Virus record (IMG/VR): IMGVR_UViG_3300014039_000006
Source of the DNA: a virus
DNA: 64,000 nucleotides
Reading direction: 5' to 3' (one strand)
Position numbers and translations under genes: made by a program. Under the pieces are notes generated by a model. That model searched no databases, was not told the origin of the DNA, and saw only the letters and a program-made list of their open reading frames with translations. Below, piece after piece: positions 9,204-18,677 of the stretch (the stretch's first letter is position 1; every line of letters begins with the position of its first letter).

Positions 9204-9371
9204 ATGGCAGATGTATTAGGAATGGTTATTCCGGAAAATGAGCAGGAAGAAATCAAAGAGTTTGTTTCAACATTATTGATTCTTCCAAAAGAAGATAGAG
9301 CGGTACTTCTTTCAAATGCTAATGCATTTAAGGTTCGTAGAGATATTGAAAAAGCAAAGAATGCGAGATAA
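9204..9371 (+). CDS. Small early protein (Cro position)
   Basis: 55 aa, AAAGGAGG SD, first gene of the rightward early operon. No clear HTH seen. Confidence 0.5.
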   Translation: MADVLGMVIPENEQEEIKEFVSTLLILPKEDRAVLLSNANAFKVRRDIEKAKNAR

Positions 9372-9379
9372 GGAGTGGA

Positions 9380-9547
9380 ATGGAGAACAATATTGATCTT
9401 TTAAAAGAAACTCTCTGTCAACAGTTGCAGCTATTGGCAGAGAGAAGCAAAAAAGAGGATATATCGGTGAAAGAACTTTGCGATATATCCAATGAAATGA
9501 ACAAACTGGTAAGTGCTATTTACGGCTTAAGTGTTCGTTCAATATAG
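9380..9547 (+). CDS. Hypothetical small protein
   Basis: 55-aa ORF not in the track (MENNIDLLKETLCQQLQLL...), with a GGAGTGGA SD. Confidence 0.4.
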   Translation: MENNIDLLKETLCQQLQLLAERSKKEDISVKELCDISNEMNKLVSAIYGLSVRSI

Positions 9548-9710
9548 ATTGAATGTCGCTAATATTTCTTTGGATTGCTGGTAGTTCAGTAAGCATATCG
9601 TTTTGAGCCATATTTTGAACTGCACAACATTTCCTATTAAGACTATTAAAATACCAAGCGCATTTATCTTTAATGCAATCTTGGAAGTTGTTTATAGGAC
9701 ATTTAGACAC
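9516..9710 (-). CDS. Hypothetical Cys-rich small protein
   Basis: 64 aa with an AGGAGGTGA SD on the minus strand. Confidence 0.45.
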   Translation of the reverse strand: MSKCPINNFQDCIKDKCAWYFNSLNRKCCAVQNMAQNDMLTELPAIQRNISDIQSILNEHLSRK

Positions 9711-9759
9711 GGTATCACCTCCTTATAGGAGAGTATAACACACGGAAAGGAGAAACGAA

Positions 9760-10554
9760 ATGGAGGAACTTGTTAAGGTGGACATGAGAACACCTATTGA
9801 AATTGCCCTTGATATTGATAATGAGGGAATGACAACGGCTAGAAAGTTGTATGAGTTCTTAGAACTTGATACAAGCCATTATTCAAGGTGGGTAAAGGCA
9901 AATATCATTGAGAATGAATTTGCTACGGAAAACGAGGATTATTTTTACTCGCCATCAATGGCGAATGAACAAAGTAGGGGTAATTTTGCAGAAGATTATA
10001 AGTTGACGGCGCACTTTGCAAAGAAATTATCTGTCAAGGGAAATGGGGAAAAAGCAGAACAGGCAAGAGAGTATTTTACTACCGTAGAGGAACGAGTCAA
10101 GCAGAAAGCAATTGATATGTCACAACTTTCTCCGCAGATGCAAATGGTTATGTCTATGGCAGAGGGAATGGCAAGACAGGAATTGGAGCAGAAGCGACAG
10201 GCGAAGAAGATTGAGGAAGTACAACAGACCGTCAGCAATATGAAAGACATTTTCACAACGCCGATTGGTGATTGGAAAAATGAGATTAACGCTAGGGTTC
10301 GCGAGATCGCCATTAAGAGTGGTATTCCTTATCAGGAGTTATACGGTCAGCTTTACGGAGAACTGGAAAACAAGGCGCATTGCTGTTTAAGCCGTTTACA
10401 GGAAAACAAGAAAAAGAGAATGGAAAATGCCGGAAACACAAATACGGCAATTAAAGAAGGCACAACTAAGATTGCGGTTATTTGTGACAAACCACAGCTT
10501 AAAGAGATTTTTGAAAGTATCGTGAGGACTTATGCGATGCGGTACTGTTCGTGA
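9760..10554 (+). CDS. Phage antirepressor (AntA/AntB-type N-terminus)
   Basis: N-terminal TTARKLYEFLELDTSHYSRWVKANIIENEFATENEDY resembles the AntA/AntB antirepressor domain. Confidence 0.6.
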   Translation: MEELVKVDMRTPIEIALDIDNEGMTTARKLYEFLELDTSHYSRWVKANIIENEFATENEDYFYSPSMANEQSRGNFAEDYKLTAHFAKKLSVKGNGEKAEQAREYFTTVEERVKQKAIDMSQLSPQMQMVMSMAEGMARQELEQKRQAKKIEEVQQTVSNMKDIFTTPIGDWKNEINARVREIAIKSGIPYQELYGQLYGELENKAHCCLSRLQENKKKRMENAGNTNTAIKEGTTKIAVICDKPQLKEIFESIVRTYAMRYCS

Positions 10555-10565
10555 AAGGAGTAGAA

Positions 10566-10850
10566 ATGAAAACATATACACAGTTAAGCGGAGAAGTGAT
10601 AAGAGGAAATGAGGAAGAAATTTATTTGACTAGAGTGCGGTCAAGTAACATTTTACAATCTTTTTTCTGCAATGAAGAAAGGCTATATTGCATTTCTTCC
10701 CATGATTCGAAATTGATTCACAAAGATAAATCATATGAAGATGCAGTAACAATGATTGTTGCAGAAGAGAAAGAAGAGATTACGCATTATTGTTACATAG
10801 TGATTGCAAATTGCTCTGGAACTTTTATATCTGAATGGGAGGATGTTTAA
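10566..10850 (+). CDS. Hypothetical protein
   Basis: AAAGGAG SD before the ATG at 10566. Confidence 0.5.
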   Translation: MKTYTQLSGEVIRGNEEEIYLTRVRSSNILQSFFCNEERLYCISSHDSKLIHKDKSYEDAVTMIVAEEKEEITHYCYIVIANCSGTFISEWEDV

Positions 10851-11263
10851 TGAAAAACCGAGAGAAATACGCAGACTTTCTTATTGAGTGTGCGATACGT
10901 GGAACAGGTGTTGCGGTTAACAAGGACGGCAAGCCTTGTAATTGCATGGATTTAGAGTGCGGAGATTGTCTTTTTAACAATCCGTCTGTGGATTGTGCAG
11001 AAATGACGAGAAAATGGGCGTACGCAGAGTATGAAGAGCCGAAAGTCGATTGGAGTAAAGTGCCGGTTGATACGAAGATGTGGGTTAGAAGTGCGAAAGA
11101 TAAGCCGTGGATTCCGAGACATTATTCAGGAATGAGAGATCGCTCGGGAAATCCGCTTGTATTTGAAGATGGTTGCACATCGTTTACTTGCGAAAGAGAT
11201 TCTTGCGGAAAGCCATTTTTAGGAGTTTATCTTGATTACAGATTTGATGAGGATATCTTATGA
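10850..11263 (+). CDS. Hypothetical protein
   Basis: GGGAGGA SD. Cys-rich. Confidence 0.5.
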   Translation: MKNREKYADFLIECAIRGTGVAVNKDGKPCNCMDLECGDCLFNNPSVDCAEMTRKWAYAEYEEPKVDWSKVPVDTKMWVRSAKDKPWIPRHYSGMRDRSGNPLVFEDGCTSFTCERDSCGKPFLGVYLDYRFDEDIL

Positions 11264-11667
11264 GAAAGAAATTGATTGTGTTTCTTCCTATTATAATGGC
11301 GTTTCTTTTATCCATTCCAGTCAAAGCCAATAACGAACCGTTTGTGATGCACACCACGGCATATTGCCAGGGAACGATAACTGCAAGCGGAACAAAGGTC
11401 AGACGTGGCATATGTGCCGTGAAGAAAGAATGGTTGGGAAAACTTGCCATTGTCTACGAATACAAGGACGGAGAGATCGGGGATGTTATCGGATATTATG
11501 AGTGCCTTGATACAGGATTTGGTGGCGATGCTGATGGTGACGGTATTGGAAGCATAGAAGCCGGAAGGTGCATTGATATTTATTTTCCAACTTTGGAAGA
11601 ATGTAAGGATTGGATGAAGCAGACAGGTGGAAAAGTATATGTCCAGCTTGTGGATGCGGAAGGTTAG
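11260..11667 (+). CDS. Secreted 3D-domain protein
   Basis: Signal-peptide-like MRKKLIVFLPIIMAFLLSIPVKA, then HTTAYCQGTITASGTKVRRGICAV (3D-domain type). Confidence 0.6.
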   Translation: MRKKLIVFLPIIMAFLLSIPVKANNEPFVMHTTAYCQGTITASGTKVRRGICAVKKEWLGKLAIVYEYKDGEIGDVIGYYECLDTGFGGDADGDGIGSIEAGRCIDIYFPTLEECKDWMKQTGGKVYVQLVDAEG

Positions 11668-11682
11668 GGAGAAGGTGAAGAA

Positions 11683-11811
11683 ATGTACATACCACCGTTT
11701 TGGTGCGGAGTGATTGCCACGATCTTATTTGAACTGGCAGTAACAATTATTATGGCATTTGCCGTAAGGACGAAACCGGAGAAAGGAGAGGAAGACGATG
11801 ATCGTAACTAA
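11683..11811 (+). CDS. Small membrane protein
   Basis: 42-aa ORF not in the track, with one hydrophobic helix (FWCGVIATILFELAVTIIMAFAV). Confidence 0.3.
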   Translation: MYIPPFWCGVIATILFELAVTIIMAFAVRTKPEKGEEDDDRN

Positions 11812-11949
11812 TTTTAATGAGATGAGCATTGAAGAACTGGAAGCTATTTGTGACACGCTCCACATGGAATTATCCATTAACGACGGAAAGATCGTAGGGG
11901 CAGAGGAATAGCACCTACAACGACCGGAAATCAGAATAGGTGCTATAAA

Positions 11950-12378
11950 GTGAATCAGCTATTGCTTTTTCATGCCCTATTATACCGGAGAAAGGAGAAA
12001 AAGTCAAACGTGACAAAAGATAGGATAGAAAAAATTCTTATGAATATGGGGATATATCCATATCATGTTGGGTTTAAGTATCTTGTAGAAGCGATCCCGT
12101 TAGCTTTTGAAACCTTAGGAAAAACATCATTTGCAATGTATATCTATTGCGAGGTTGGAGAGAAATGCGGAGTTGATTACAGGTGCGTAGAACGTGGAAT
12201 AAGAGAGTCGCTAAAGAACATCAAAAGAGATAGCAGCGATTTCAAAAAGTACATCGGGATTAACAAGAATGAAAAGGTTACCACGAAGAAATTTCTTTCC
12301 ATGTTTGCATACAATTCTTTAAAAGAAAGGGGTGAAAGAATTGAACGAGATACAAATAACAGGAACGGTATTGGATAA
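11950..12378 (+). CDS. Spo0A C-terminal-domain-like DNA-binding protein
   Basis: GIYPYHVGFKYLVEAIPLA...YCEVGEKCGVDYRCVERGIRESLKNI resembles the Spo0A effector domain. The true start may be internal (GTG 12010 or ATG 12040). Confidence 0.5.
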   Translation: MNQLLLFHALLYRRKEKKSNVTKDRIEKILMNMGIYPYHVGFKYLVEAIPLAFETLGKTSFAMYIYCEVGEKCGVDYRCVERGIRESLKNIKRDSSDFKKYIGINKNEKVTTKKFLSMFAYNSLKERGERIERDTNNRNGIG

Positions 12379-12955
12379 TCCGAAATATTCACATTCGATC
12401 GGAGATTGCGTGATTTATTCATTTCCACTTGCGACCAGAAGATTAAGCAGAAATGTAGATTATGTAATGGTGCATATTTACGAAGAAATTAAAGACCAGT
12501 TTTACTTCGGTAAAAAGATTTCTATTTCTGGTGAAATGAGGACTTACAGGAGAAGAGGGGATGACGATAAACTTCATCTTTATCTGTATATAATGCCATA
12601 TGCAATAGATACAAATTCGGAGTTACTTGGAGAGGACGAAGACACCGGAGTTATCGAAGGGGAAATTCAATGGATTATTCCCTTGAGGAAGACTCCCAGA
12701 GGTCGAACAATCGTTGATTTTTGCTTGAAAAGTGAAAGGTTTAACGGAAAATACGACACCATTCCTTGTATTGCATGGGAAGAAAATGCGAATGATATTT
12801 CCTTATTGAAACCTGGAGATAAATTGAAAGTGAGAGGACGGTTGCAGAGCCGTGAATATGTAAAGAAATTTGAAAGCGGAGAAGCGGAAGTAAGAACCGC
12901 CTATGAGTTTTCTGTTTTTGAAGTGGAAGGGAGAAAAAATGGACTTAAACAGTAA
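12332..12955 (+). CDS. Tandem OB-fold, SSB-like protein
   Basis: Two repeats of the pattern ITGxV...P......G..v..F.la....., as at an SSB N-terminus. GTG start. Confidence 0.45.
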   Translation: MKELNEIQITGTVLDNPKYSHSIGDCVIYSFPLATRRLSRNVDYVMVHIYEEIKDQFYFGKKISISGEMRTYRRRGDDDKLHLYLYIMPYAIDTNSELLGEDEDTGVIEGEIQWIIPLRKTPRGRTIVDFCLKSERFNGKYDTIPCIAWEENANDISLLKPGDKLKVRGRLQSREYVKKFESGEAEVRTAYEFSVFEVEGRKNGLKQ

Positions 12956-13250
12956 AGAAAAAGAGGAACTATTTCAAAAAATGAACAGTGCAAATGTAGA
13001 TACGGTTTACGAGATCATCAAGAAAGATCAGCTTATCTTGATGATGCACGAATTAAAGGTGAAACAAGGTGCCGATCAAAAATTAACAACAACAGCGCTT
13101 CAAGCATTTTGCATATTGTTAGGAACTCTTGAAGGAGAAACAGGCTGCATAATTAAGAAAGTTGCATATGATCTTCTGTTTTCAATAATTGATATGAGAT
13201 TGCGCATGGAATATGAAGCAGAGAAAGGAGAAAAGGAAGATGAAAATTAA
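12939..13250 (+). CDS. Hypothetical protein
   Basis: ORF with an internal ATG and an SD-like GGGAGAAAAA. Confidence 0.45.
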   Translation: MDLNSKEKEELFQKMNSANVDTVYEIIKKDQLILMMHELKVKQGADQKLTTTALQAFCILLGTLEGETGCIIKKVAYDLLFSIIDMRLRMEYEAEKGEKEDEN

Positions 13251-15195
13251 ACACGTATTTGCACAGAATTTCTGCAAGTTTACAGGAACAAAAACGATTG
13301 ATTTTGATTTTTCAGACAAGACGATCGTTTCCGGAGCAAATGAAGCCGGAAAGTCTACAATTAAGACACTGATTTATTGGATCCTGAATTGCCGTGATGA
13401 AAACGGTAAGGAGATTACAGGAATCAGACCGCATGATAAGGACGGCGTGTACATGGACAACGTAGAAACGGTTGGAGCGGTTACATTTGACATTGACGGC
13501 GAAGAAAAGACCATGAAGAAGGTATTCCGGCAGAATATTAATAAGAAAGGCGAGTTTACCGGAAACGTCACGGATTATTATGTCAATGATATTCCGAAGA
13601 AAGCCACGGATTATGCGGATTTTATTGGCGAACGGATTGTTTCTGACGGTAAATTACCGTACTGCATTAATACCATGACTTTACTGCTTAAAAACTCCAC
13701 AGAACAGCGTGCGTTGTTACATGATACGTTCGGTCAACATACCGATGCGGATATCTGCGATATGTTTCCGGAGTTTGAGCCGTTGAAATCTATTCTTTCA
13801 GACGGAACAATCGAGGAACTGAAAAAGCGATGTAACACACAGTTGAACGGCACAAGAGGTAAGAACGGTAGCAAAGGATTGAATGACTTGCTTGACGAAA
13901 TCCCTAGCCGTATTGATGAGGTCAGCAGACAGAAAGTTGACCTTGACTTTGCGGAACTTGAACTGCAAAAGAACGGGATCCTTGAAAGAATTGCACAAAT
14001 TGACAAGTCATTATCAGACAATGAAGAACTTCTTGAAGAGGAAAAGAAGAAATCGGACGGCATTCTGGAATTGAAATTCAAGATTTCAGAATTGCAGAAC
14101 GAAGCCAACAGGAAAAACGACAAGAAGCGTGCTGATATCCGGTCACAGATTAGCCGTTTGGAGAACAACAGAGTGCAGTTGGATTCCGAAATTAAGGATC
14201 TTACCTTCAAGGACAAGTATCTTTCCAATTCGATCCTTACAAAAACAGAAGAACGAAAGAAACTCGCGGAGAAGTGGAAGGTAGAACATGACCGTGTATT
14301 TGACGATTCTACACTGGTTTGTCCTTATTGCGGTCAAGAATACCCAGAAGAGAAAAAAGGCCAGTTAAAGGCTGAATTTCAACAACACAAGGCCGATGAA
14401 CTGAAACACATCGAAGAAGAGGGAATGAATCTGAAATCTTACATTGACGATGGCAATGCAGAGATTTCAAAGATGCATGAATCTATTGAAGAAAAGAACA
14501 CAGAATTGCAGAAGATTATTGATGAAATTGCAAATTTGAATGCAGAATACAATGCAATTTCGGCTGTTGTGGATATTTCCGATACGGAAGAGGTAAAGGA
14601 AATTCAGAAACAGATTTCAGAAATGGAATCTGCAATGAAGAAAGAAAATTACATTGATGATATCAGGGTGAAACACAAAGCGGAAAGAGACCTTGCGAAT
14701 GCAGAATTAGCAGAGGTTCAGGCTAAAATTGCAAAGTCAGCATTCAATGCACAATTAGATGACAGAATCGCAGAACTGGAAGAGGAAAATAGAAATATCG
14801 CACAGAAAATTACGGACGTTCAAGCACAACTTGACCTGTTAAAACGGTTTAGTCGGAAGAAAAATGAACTTCTGGAAGCAGATGTGAACAGTTACTTGAA
14901 TTTCTGCAAGGTGAAAATGTTCCGTCCTCTTATTAACGGTGACACAGAAGAATGCTGCGAGTTTATTTACAACGGAGAGCCATACGGACAAAGATTAAAC
15001 CATGGAGCAAGGATTCTTGTAGAAATTGACATTTGCCGGGCATTTCAGAAGAAATATGGAGCAGAGATCCCAATTATCGTTGATGATACAGAGTCCGTTG
15101 ATGATTGGCGTATTCCGGAGATTGAAAGTCAGCTTATTTTATTGAAAAGAACGGATGAAAAGGAATTGTTCGTGAAAGGAGTCACGAATGGGTAA
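13240..15195 (+). CDS. AAA/SMC-like ATPase (SbcC/Rad50-like recombination protein)
   Basis: Walker A GANEAGKST, a long central coiled coil containing CPYCGQ, and a C-terminal IIVDDTES (Walker B-like). Confidence 0.7.
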   Translation: MKIKHVFAQNFCKFTGTKTIDFDFSDKTIVSGANEAGKSTIKTLIYWILNCRDENGKEITGIRPHDKDGVYMDNVETVGAVTFDIDGEEKTMKKVFRQNINKKGEFTGNVTDYYVNDIPKKATDYADFIGERIVSDGKLPYCINTMTLLLKNSTEQRALLHDTFGQHTDADICDMFPEFEPLKSILSDGTIEELKKRCNTQLNGTRGKNGSKGLNDLLDEIPSRIDEVSRQKVDLDFAELELQKNGILERIAQIDKSLSDNEELLEEEKKKSDGILELKFKISELQNEANRKNDKKRADIRSQISRLENNRVQLDSEIKDLTFKDKYLSNSILTKTEERKKLAEKWKVEHDRVFDDSTLVCPYCGQEYPEEKKGQLKAEFQQHKADELKHIEEEGMNLKSYIDDGNAEISKMHESIEEKNTELQKIIDEIANLNAEYNAISAVVDISDTEEVKEIQKQISEMESAMKKENYIDDIRVKHKAERDLANAELAEVQAKIAKSAFNAQLDDRIAELEEENRNIAQKITDVQAQLDLLKRFSRKKNELLEADVNSYLNFCKVKMFRPLINGDTEECCEFIYNGEPYGQRLNHGARILVEIDICRAFQKKYGAEIPIIVDDTESVDDWRIPEIESQLILLKRTDEKELFVKGVTNG

Positions 15196-15619
15196 GCCAG
15201 TTCAAGAAAGTCGATTTGAATACAAAGGATATCCTTGCGTTGTTTTGTTTCAACCTATCGGATTCAGGACTGGATATGTCGGGATTCGTTCTGAAAAGAC
15301 GATAAAGGCAATAAATATTGAAGAAATTAATTGTCACGGTGGAATTACCTACGCAAAAAATCATCTGTACGGACAGAAAGATCAAGACATCTTTTGGATC
15401 GGTTTTGACTGCGGACATTGTTTTGATGGGTATGATGCTGAAAAAATTAAAGAGTATTACAAGGACAATGAACGGGTAATGAAGTCGTTTGTAATAATGC
15501 AGACATTTTACCGGGAACGAAACAAAGAATTAGAAGTAAGAACTTTGGAATATGCAGAAGAAGAGTGCAAGAAAATTGTAGAACAGTTGGTTTTACTTGA
15601 AAAGGAGGAAGAAAAATGA
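15188..15619 (+). CDS. Hypothetical protein
   Basis: 143-aa ORF overlapping the ATPase stop. Confidence 0.5.
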   Translation: MGKPVQESRFEYKGYPCVVLFQPIGFRTGYVGIRSEKTIKAINIEEINCHGGITYAKNHLYGQKDQDIFWIGFDCGHCFDGYDAEKIKEYYKDNERVMKSFVIMQTFYRERNKELEVRTLEYAEEECKKIVEQLVLLEKEEEK

Positions 15620-15927
15620 AGTTGTATTTTCACTTTTTAGATTCCAGTGTTATCGGTGGGGTTCGTGTTGAAGAGTGTGAGGTTAATGAAAAGCCAAAAT
15701 CATATACGGCGTCTACGAAGTTTCCGGAAGGCTATACGGATAGGATAGTAAGAAAGACGGAAATCGGTGTAGTTATTGGCAGATTTAATCCGGTTGTCGT
15801 GCACTATGAGAAAGACGAAGACCGTGCAAGAAACTTGTTTATTAGAAAAGTTATCGAGAAAATGAACGTTCTTGATGATGAAGAAGCAAGGTTGAAAAAG
15901 TTATATGAAATTTTAAATCAAAAATAA
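15616..15927 (+). CDS. Hypothetical protein
   Basis: ATGA-coupled ORF. Confidence 0.5.
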   Translation: MKLYFHFLDSSVIGGVRVEECEVNEKPKSYTASTKFPEGYTDRIVRKTEIGVVIGRFNPVVVHYEKDEDRARNLFIRKVIEKMNVLDDEEARLKKLYEILNQK

Positions 15928-15940
15928 ATGGAGGTAGGAA

Positions 15941-16213
15941 ATGAAAATTGAAAAGACCACAAACATATGTGCCAAAACGACAAATGGCGTAGAAATCAAA
16001 GTTGGTGATTCCCTGTTATTTACGGCAGAAGGAAAGAGCATTGTAGGAAAGTTTAAGGGATTCGGTAAACGCGGATCCTTGGAATTTGAAAACATTCTTG
16101 ACGGTAGCTTGTTTGCGTTGATGCCGAAGAGCATTGAAAAGATTTATCCGGCGAAATTGGTTGTTGATGATGATTTCCCTATGAACAAACCGGAAGAAAG
16201 TGAGGTTAAGTGA
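15941..16213 (+). CDS. Hypothetical protein
   Basis: GGAGG SD. Confidence 0.5.
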   Translation: MKIEKTTNICAKTTNGVEIKVGDSLLFTAEGKSIVGKFKGFGKRGSLEFENILDGSLFALMPKSIEKIYPAKLVVDDDFPMNKPEESEVK

Positions 16214-16215
16214 TT

Positions 16216-16965
16216 ATGGCAGAAACGGCAGAGGTAGCAGTTAAAAACAAGGCAGAAGTCAAGGAAAGCACAAACAAGGTTACAGATTATAGCCTTGGAA
16301 TCTTTGGAACTTCGGACAACTTCATTATGGCAATGCAGATGGCAAAGGCGCTTTCTGAATCGACCATTGTTCCGCAGATTTACCAGAAGAATCCGTCAAA
16401 CTGTTTGATTGCGATTGAACAGGCGCAACGACTTAATATCAGTCCGATTATGGTTATGCAGAATTTGTTCCCGATTCAGGGAAAACCGTCATGGGCGTCG
16501 AAATTCTTGATTGCCATGATAAACCAGTCCGGAAAATTCGACATGGAATTGCAGTATGAAGAGACGAAAGACAAGGACGGAAAGCCGTATTCTTGTGTGG
16601 CTTGGACTACGAAGAACGGCAGAAAAATTGAAGGTATGGAAGTCAATATGCAAATGGCAAAAGACGAAGGGTGGTACGGAAAGAACGGCAGTAAGTGGAA
16701 AACCATGCCACAGCTTATGCTTCGCTACCGTGCAGCTTCATTCTTTTCTTCCTTAAACTGTCCTGAACTTACACTTGGCATTCACACAAAGGAAGAATTA
16801 GAGGACGGAGATTTCAAGGAATATCCAATGGAAGATTTACAGAAGATTGTACAGAAGGACATTGAACAGAACGCCAACGCACAGGAATTTGAGGAAGTTG
16901 CAGAGGGCGAAGTTGTAACCGAACCGGACGGACAGGCGGTAAAGGCTCCGTTTGCAGAGGGATAA
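16216..16965 (+). CDS. recT: RecT-family single-strand annealing protein
   Basis: LIAIEQAQRLNISPIMVMQNLFPIQGKPSWASKFLIAMINQSG...MLRYRAASFF is typical of RecT. Confidence 0.75.
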   Translation: MAETAEVAVKNKAEVKESTNKVTDYSLGIFGTSDNFIMAMQMAKALSESTIVPQIYQKNPSNCLIAIEQAQRLNISPIMVMQNLFPIQGKPSWASKFLIAMINQSGKFDMELQYEETKDKDGKPYSCVAWTTKNGRKIEGMEVNMQMAKDEGWYGKNGSKWKTMPQLMLRYRAASFFSSLNCPELTLGIHTKEELEDGDFKEYPMEDLQKIVQKDIEQNANAQEFEEVAEGEVVTEPDGQAVKAPFAEG

Positions 16966-17002
16966 GGCATGATGAAACAGGGTGATGCGAGGAAGGAGTT
17001 TT

Positions 17003-17428
17003 ATGCAAGCAGAATGGAAGATTAAAGGTATTTACAAGGCAGACGCTCAAAAGATTGCGGATGAAATAGGGGACAATAAGATTTCTCCGCAAGAATTACT
17101 AGAAAAGGCAAGGAATGAAGATTCTGAACTTCATAAGTGTTTTGAGTGGGACGATTCCGTAGCTGCCGAAAAGTACAGATTGATACAGGCGAGACAGATA
17201 ATTGTGAACCTTGTGTATAAAAAGGCCACAAAAGAGGAACAGCCTGTAAGATGCTTTCAGATTAGTTCCGAAAGAACCGTCTATCAGCCAACGACACAAT
17301 TTCTTGTGCAAGAGGACGAATATCAGGCATTGCTTAAACGGGCGAAATCGGAACTTGAAAGTTTCAAAAGGAGATATTCTACACTTACTGAATTGGAGTC
17401 GGTATTTGAAGCAATAGAAGCATTATAA
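17003..17428 (+). CDS. Hypothetical phage protein
   Basis: GGAAGGAG SD. Contains the conserved-looking SELHKCFEWDDSVAAEKYRLIQARQII. Confidence 0.5.
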   Translation: MQAEWKIKGIYKADAQKIADEIGDNKISPQELLEKARNEDSELHKCFEWDDSVAAEKYRLIQARQIIVNLVYKKATKEEQPVRCFQISSERTVYQPTTQFLVQEDEYQALLKRAKSELESFKRRYSTLTELESVFEAIEAL

Positions 17429-17449
17429 AGGAACAAAAATATATTTAGT

Positions 17450-17730
17450 GTACTGGTAGGTGTTATGTTGGCATTAAAGTCAATAATTCAGAAAAGGAAA
17501 CTACAGATAAGAGAAGCAAAATACAAAACATAGGAAATAACTAAAAATTGATTTTAAAGCTGACACAATGCCTATCAGTACAAAAGGCATTTTCAAGTGT
17601 CTAGTAGGTAAGTTGATTTCTTACCAAAACACTACAGAACAGCAAACTACAGAGCAGAAAACTATAATGCAGAACAGCGTAGCAAAAAAATAGATAAACC
17701 ACATAGATTTTGACTTACCTGTTAGGCACT
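17450..17730 (+). ncRNA. Candidate structured RNA: two tandem stem-closed domains (17450-17581 and 17596-17730)
   Basis: A 15-bp stem (17450-17464 / 17567-17581) and an 18-bp stem (17596-17613 / 17713-17730). All 6 non-Watson-Crick positions are G.T in the + sense. The ~100-nt loops are A-rich and homologous. The 327-nt gap has no ORF. Confidence 0.5.
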
Positions 17731-17755
17731 TGATGATGCAAAAGAAAGGAGAAAA

Positions 17756-18433
17756 ATGGCAAAAGCAAAGAAAATCACAATCGAACCGCTGAAAGAAACT
17801 ACAATGCTTATTTCTCTTGTTGGAGATACTGATTTGATTTTATCTTCTAGAAACAGGCTGTATGTTCAATCGGAAGTTTGGAGACAATCACACGATAAAG
17901 GAAGTGATCTACCGGATATATTTAAACAATCAAAGAACATCTGGGAGAACAGAATTACTTCTATTCACTGGAAGAATCCTATTGAATATCACGATGAAGA
18001 TATTTCTCTTTACACGGAAGATGAATGGAAGAAGTACATGAAAGAAAATCAGCCTTGCTTGCTCGGAATTGGCTTTAGAAAAAGTTTTAAAGAAGCGTTT
18101 GTTACTTTTTACAAGGACAGTACAGGTAAAAACGGAACTGATTTTACAAGAGCATTGTGTATGGGAGACACCATTTTTCCTATTACGTTTTCTTCTGTAA
18201 GAATTGAAGATACTCTTGTCCCGACTAATGAAATGTGCACAACCTCTGTTATACAGACACAGAATGTTTTTAGCGGTTGGAAATGCGATATTTTGATTAG
18301 TTGCGTTGACATTGTTTTTCCGCCGGAAACAATCTTATCTGTTATTAATACAACAGGAAAATATATCGGCATTGGATCGCAACGCAAGAACGGAATGGGA
18401 AGATACCACATTGAAAATGTAAAAATGGTTTAG
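17756..18433 (+). CDS. Hypothetical protein with RAMP/Cas6-like C-terminal glycine loop
   Basis: 225 aa, AAAGGAG SD. GIGSQRKNGMG lies 10 aa from the C-terminus and fits GhGxxxxxGhG. No other motif recognised. Confidence 0.6.
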   Translation: MAKAKKITIEPLKETTMLISLVGDTDLILSSRNRLYVQSEVWRQSHDKGSDLPDIFKQSKNIWENRITSIHWKNPIEYHDEDISLYTEDEWKKYMKENQPCLLGIGFRKSFKEAFVTFYKDSTGKNGTDFTRALCMGDTIFPITFSSVRIEDTLVPTNEMCTTSVIQTQNVFSGWKCDILISCVDIVFPPETILSVINTTGKYIGIGSQRKNGMGRYHIENVKMV

Positions 18434-18447
18434 AAAGGAGTTTTTCG

Positions 18448-18675
18448 ATGAGAGTTATAAGTCAGGACGGAACACTTGATATTCCGTATGAAGGCCATAT
18501 ATTCGGTGCAGATACGGAAGAAAATTGCATAATAGCGGTACATTTTAAAAACCCTAGTCCATGCATGGCTTGGTATTCTACGAAAGAAAAAACACTTAAG
18601 GCTCTTAAAATGTTGCGCGAAGCACGTAAAAACGGATGCGTAGTATTTCAATTTCCAAAGGAAGATGAGGTATAA
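18448..18675 (+). CDS. Hypothetical protein
   Basis: AAAGGAG SD. Confidence 0.5.
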   Translation: MRVISQDGTLDIPYEGHIFGADTEENCIIAVHFKNPSPCMAWYSTKEKTLKALKMLREARKNGCVVFQFPKEDEV

Positions 18676-18677
18676 AT

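Noticed and set aside
17450-17730. Retron msr/msd or a second DGR template, given flanking inverted repeats and an adenine-rich interior
   Set aside because: There is no adjacent RT, and the only RT is the DGR enzyme 13 kb away. I found no VR-like homologue of the A-rich loops in the window. The region is kept only as an unexplained structured RNA or origin candidate.
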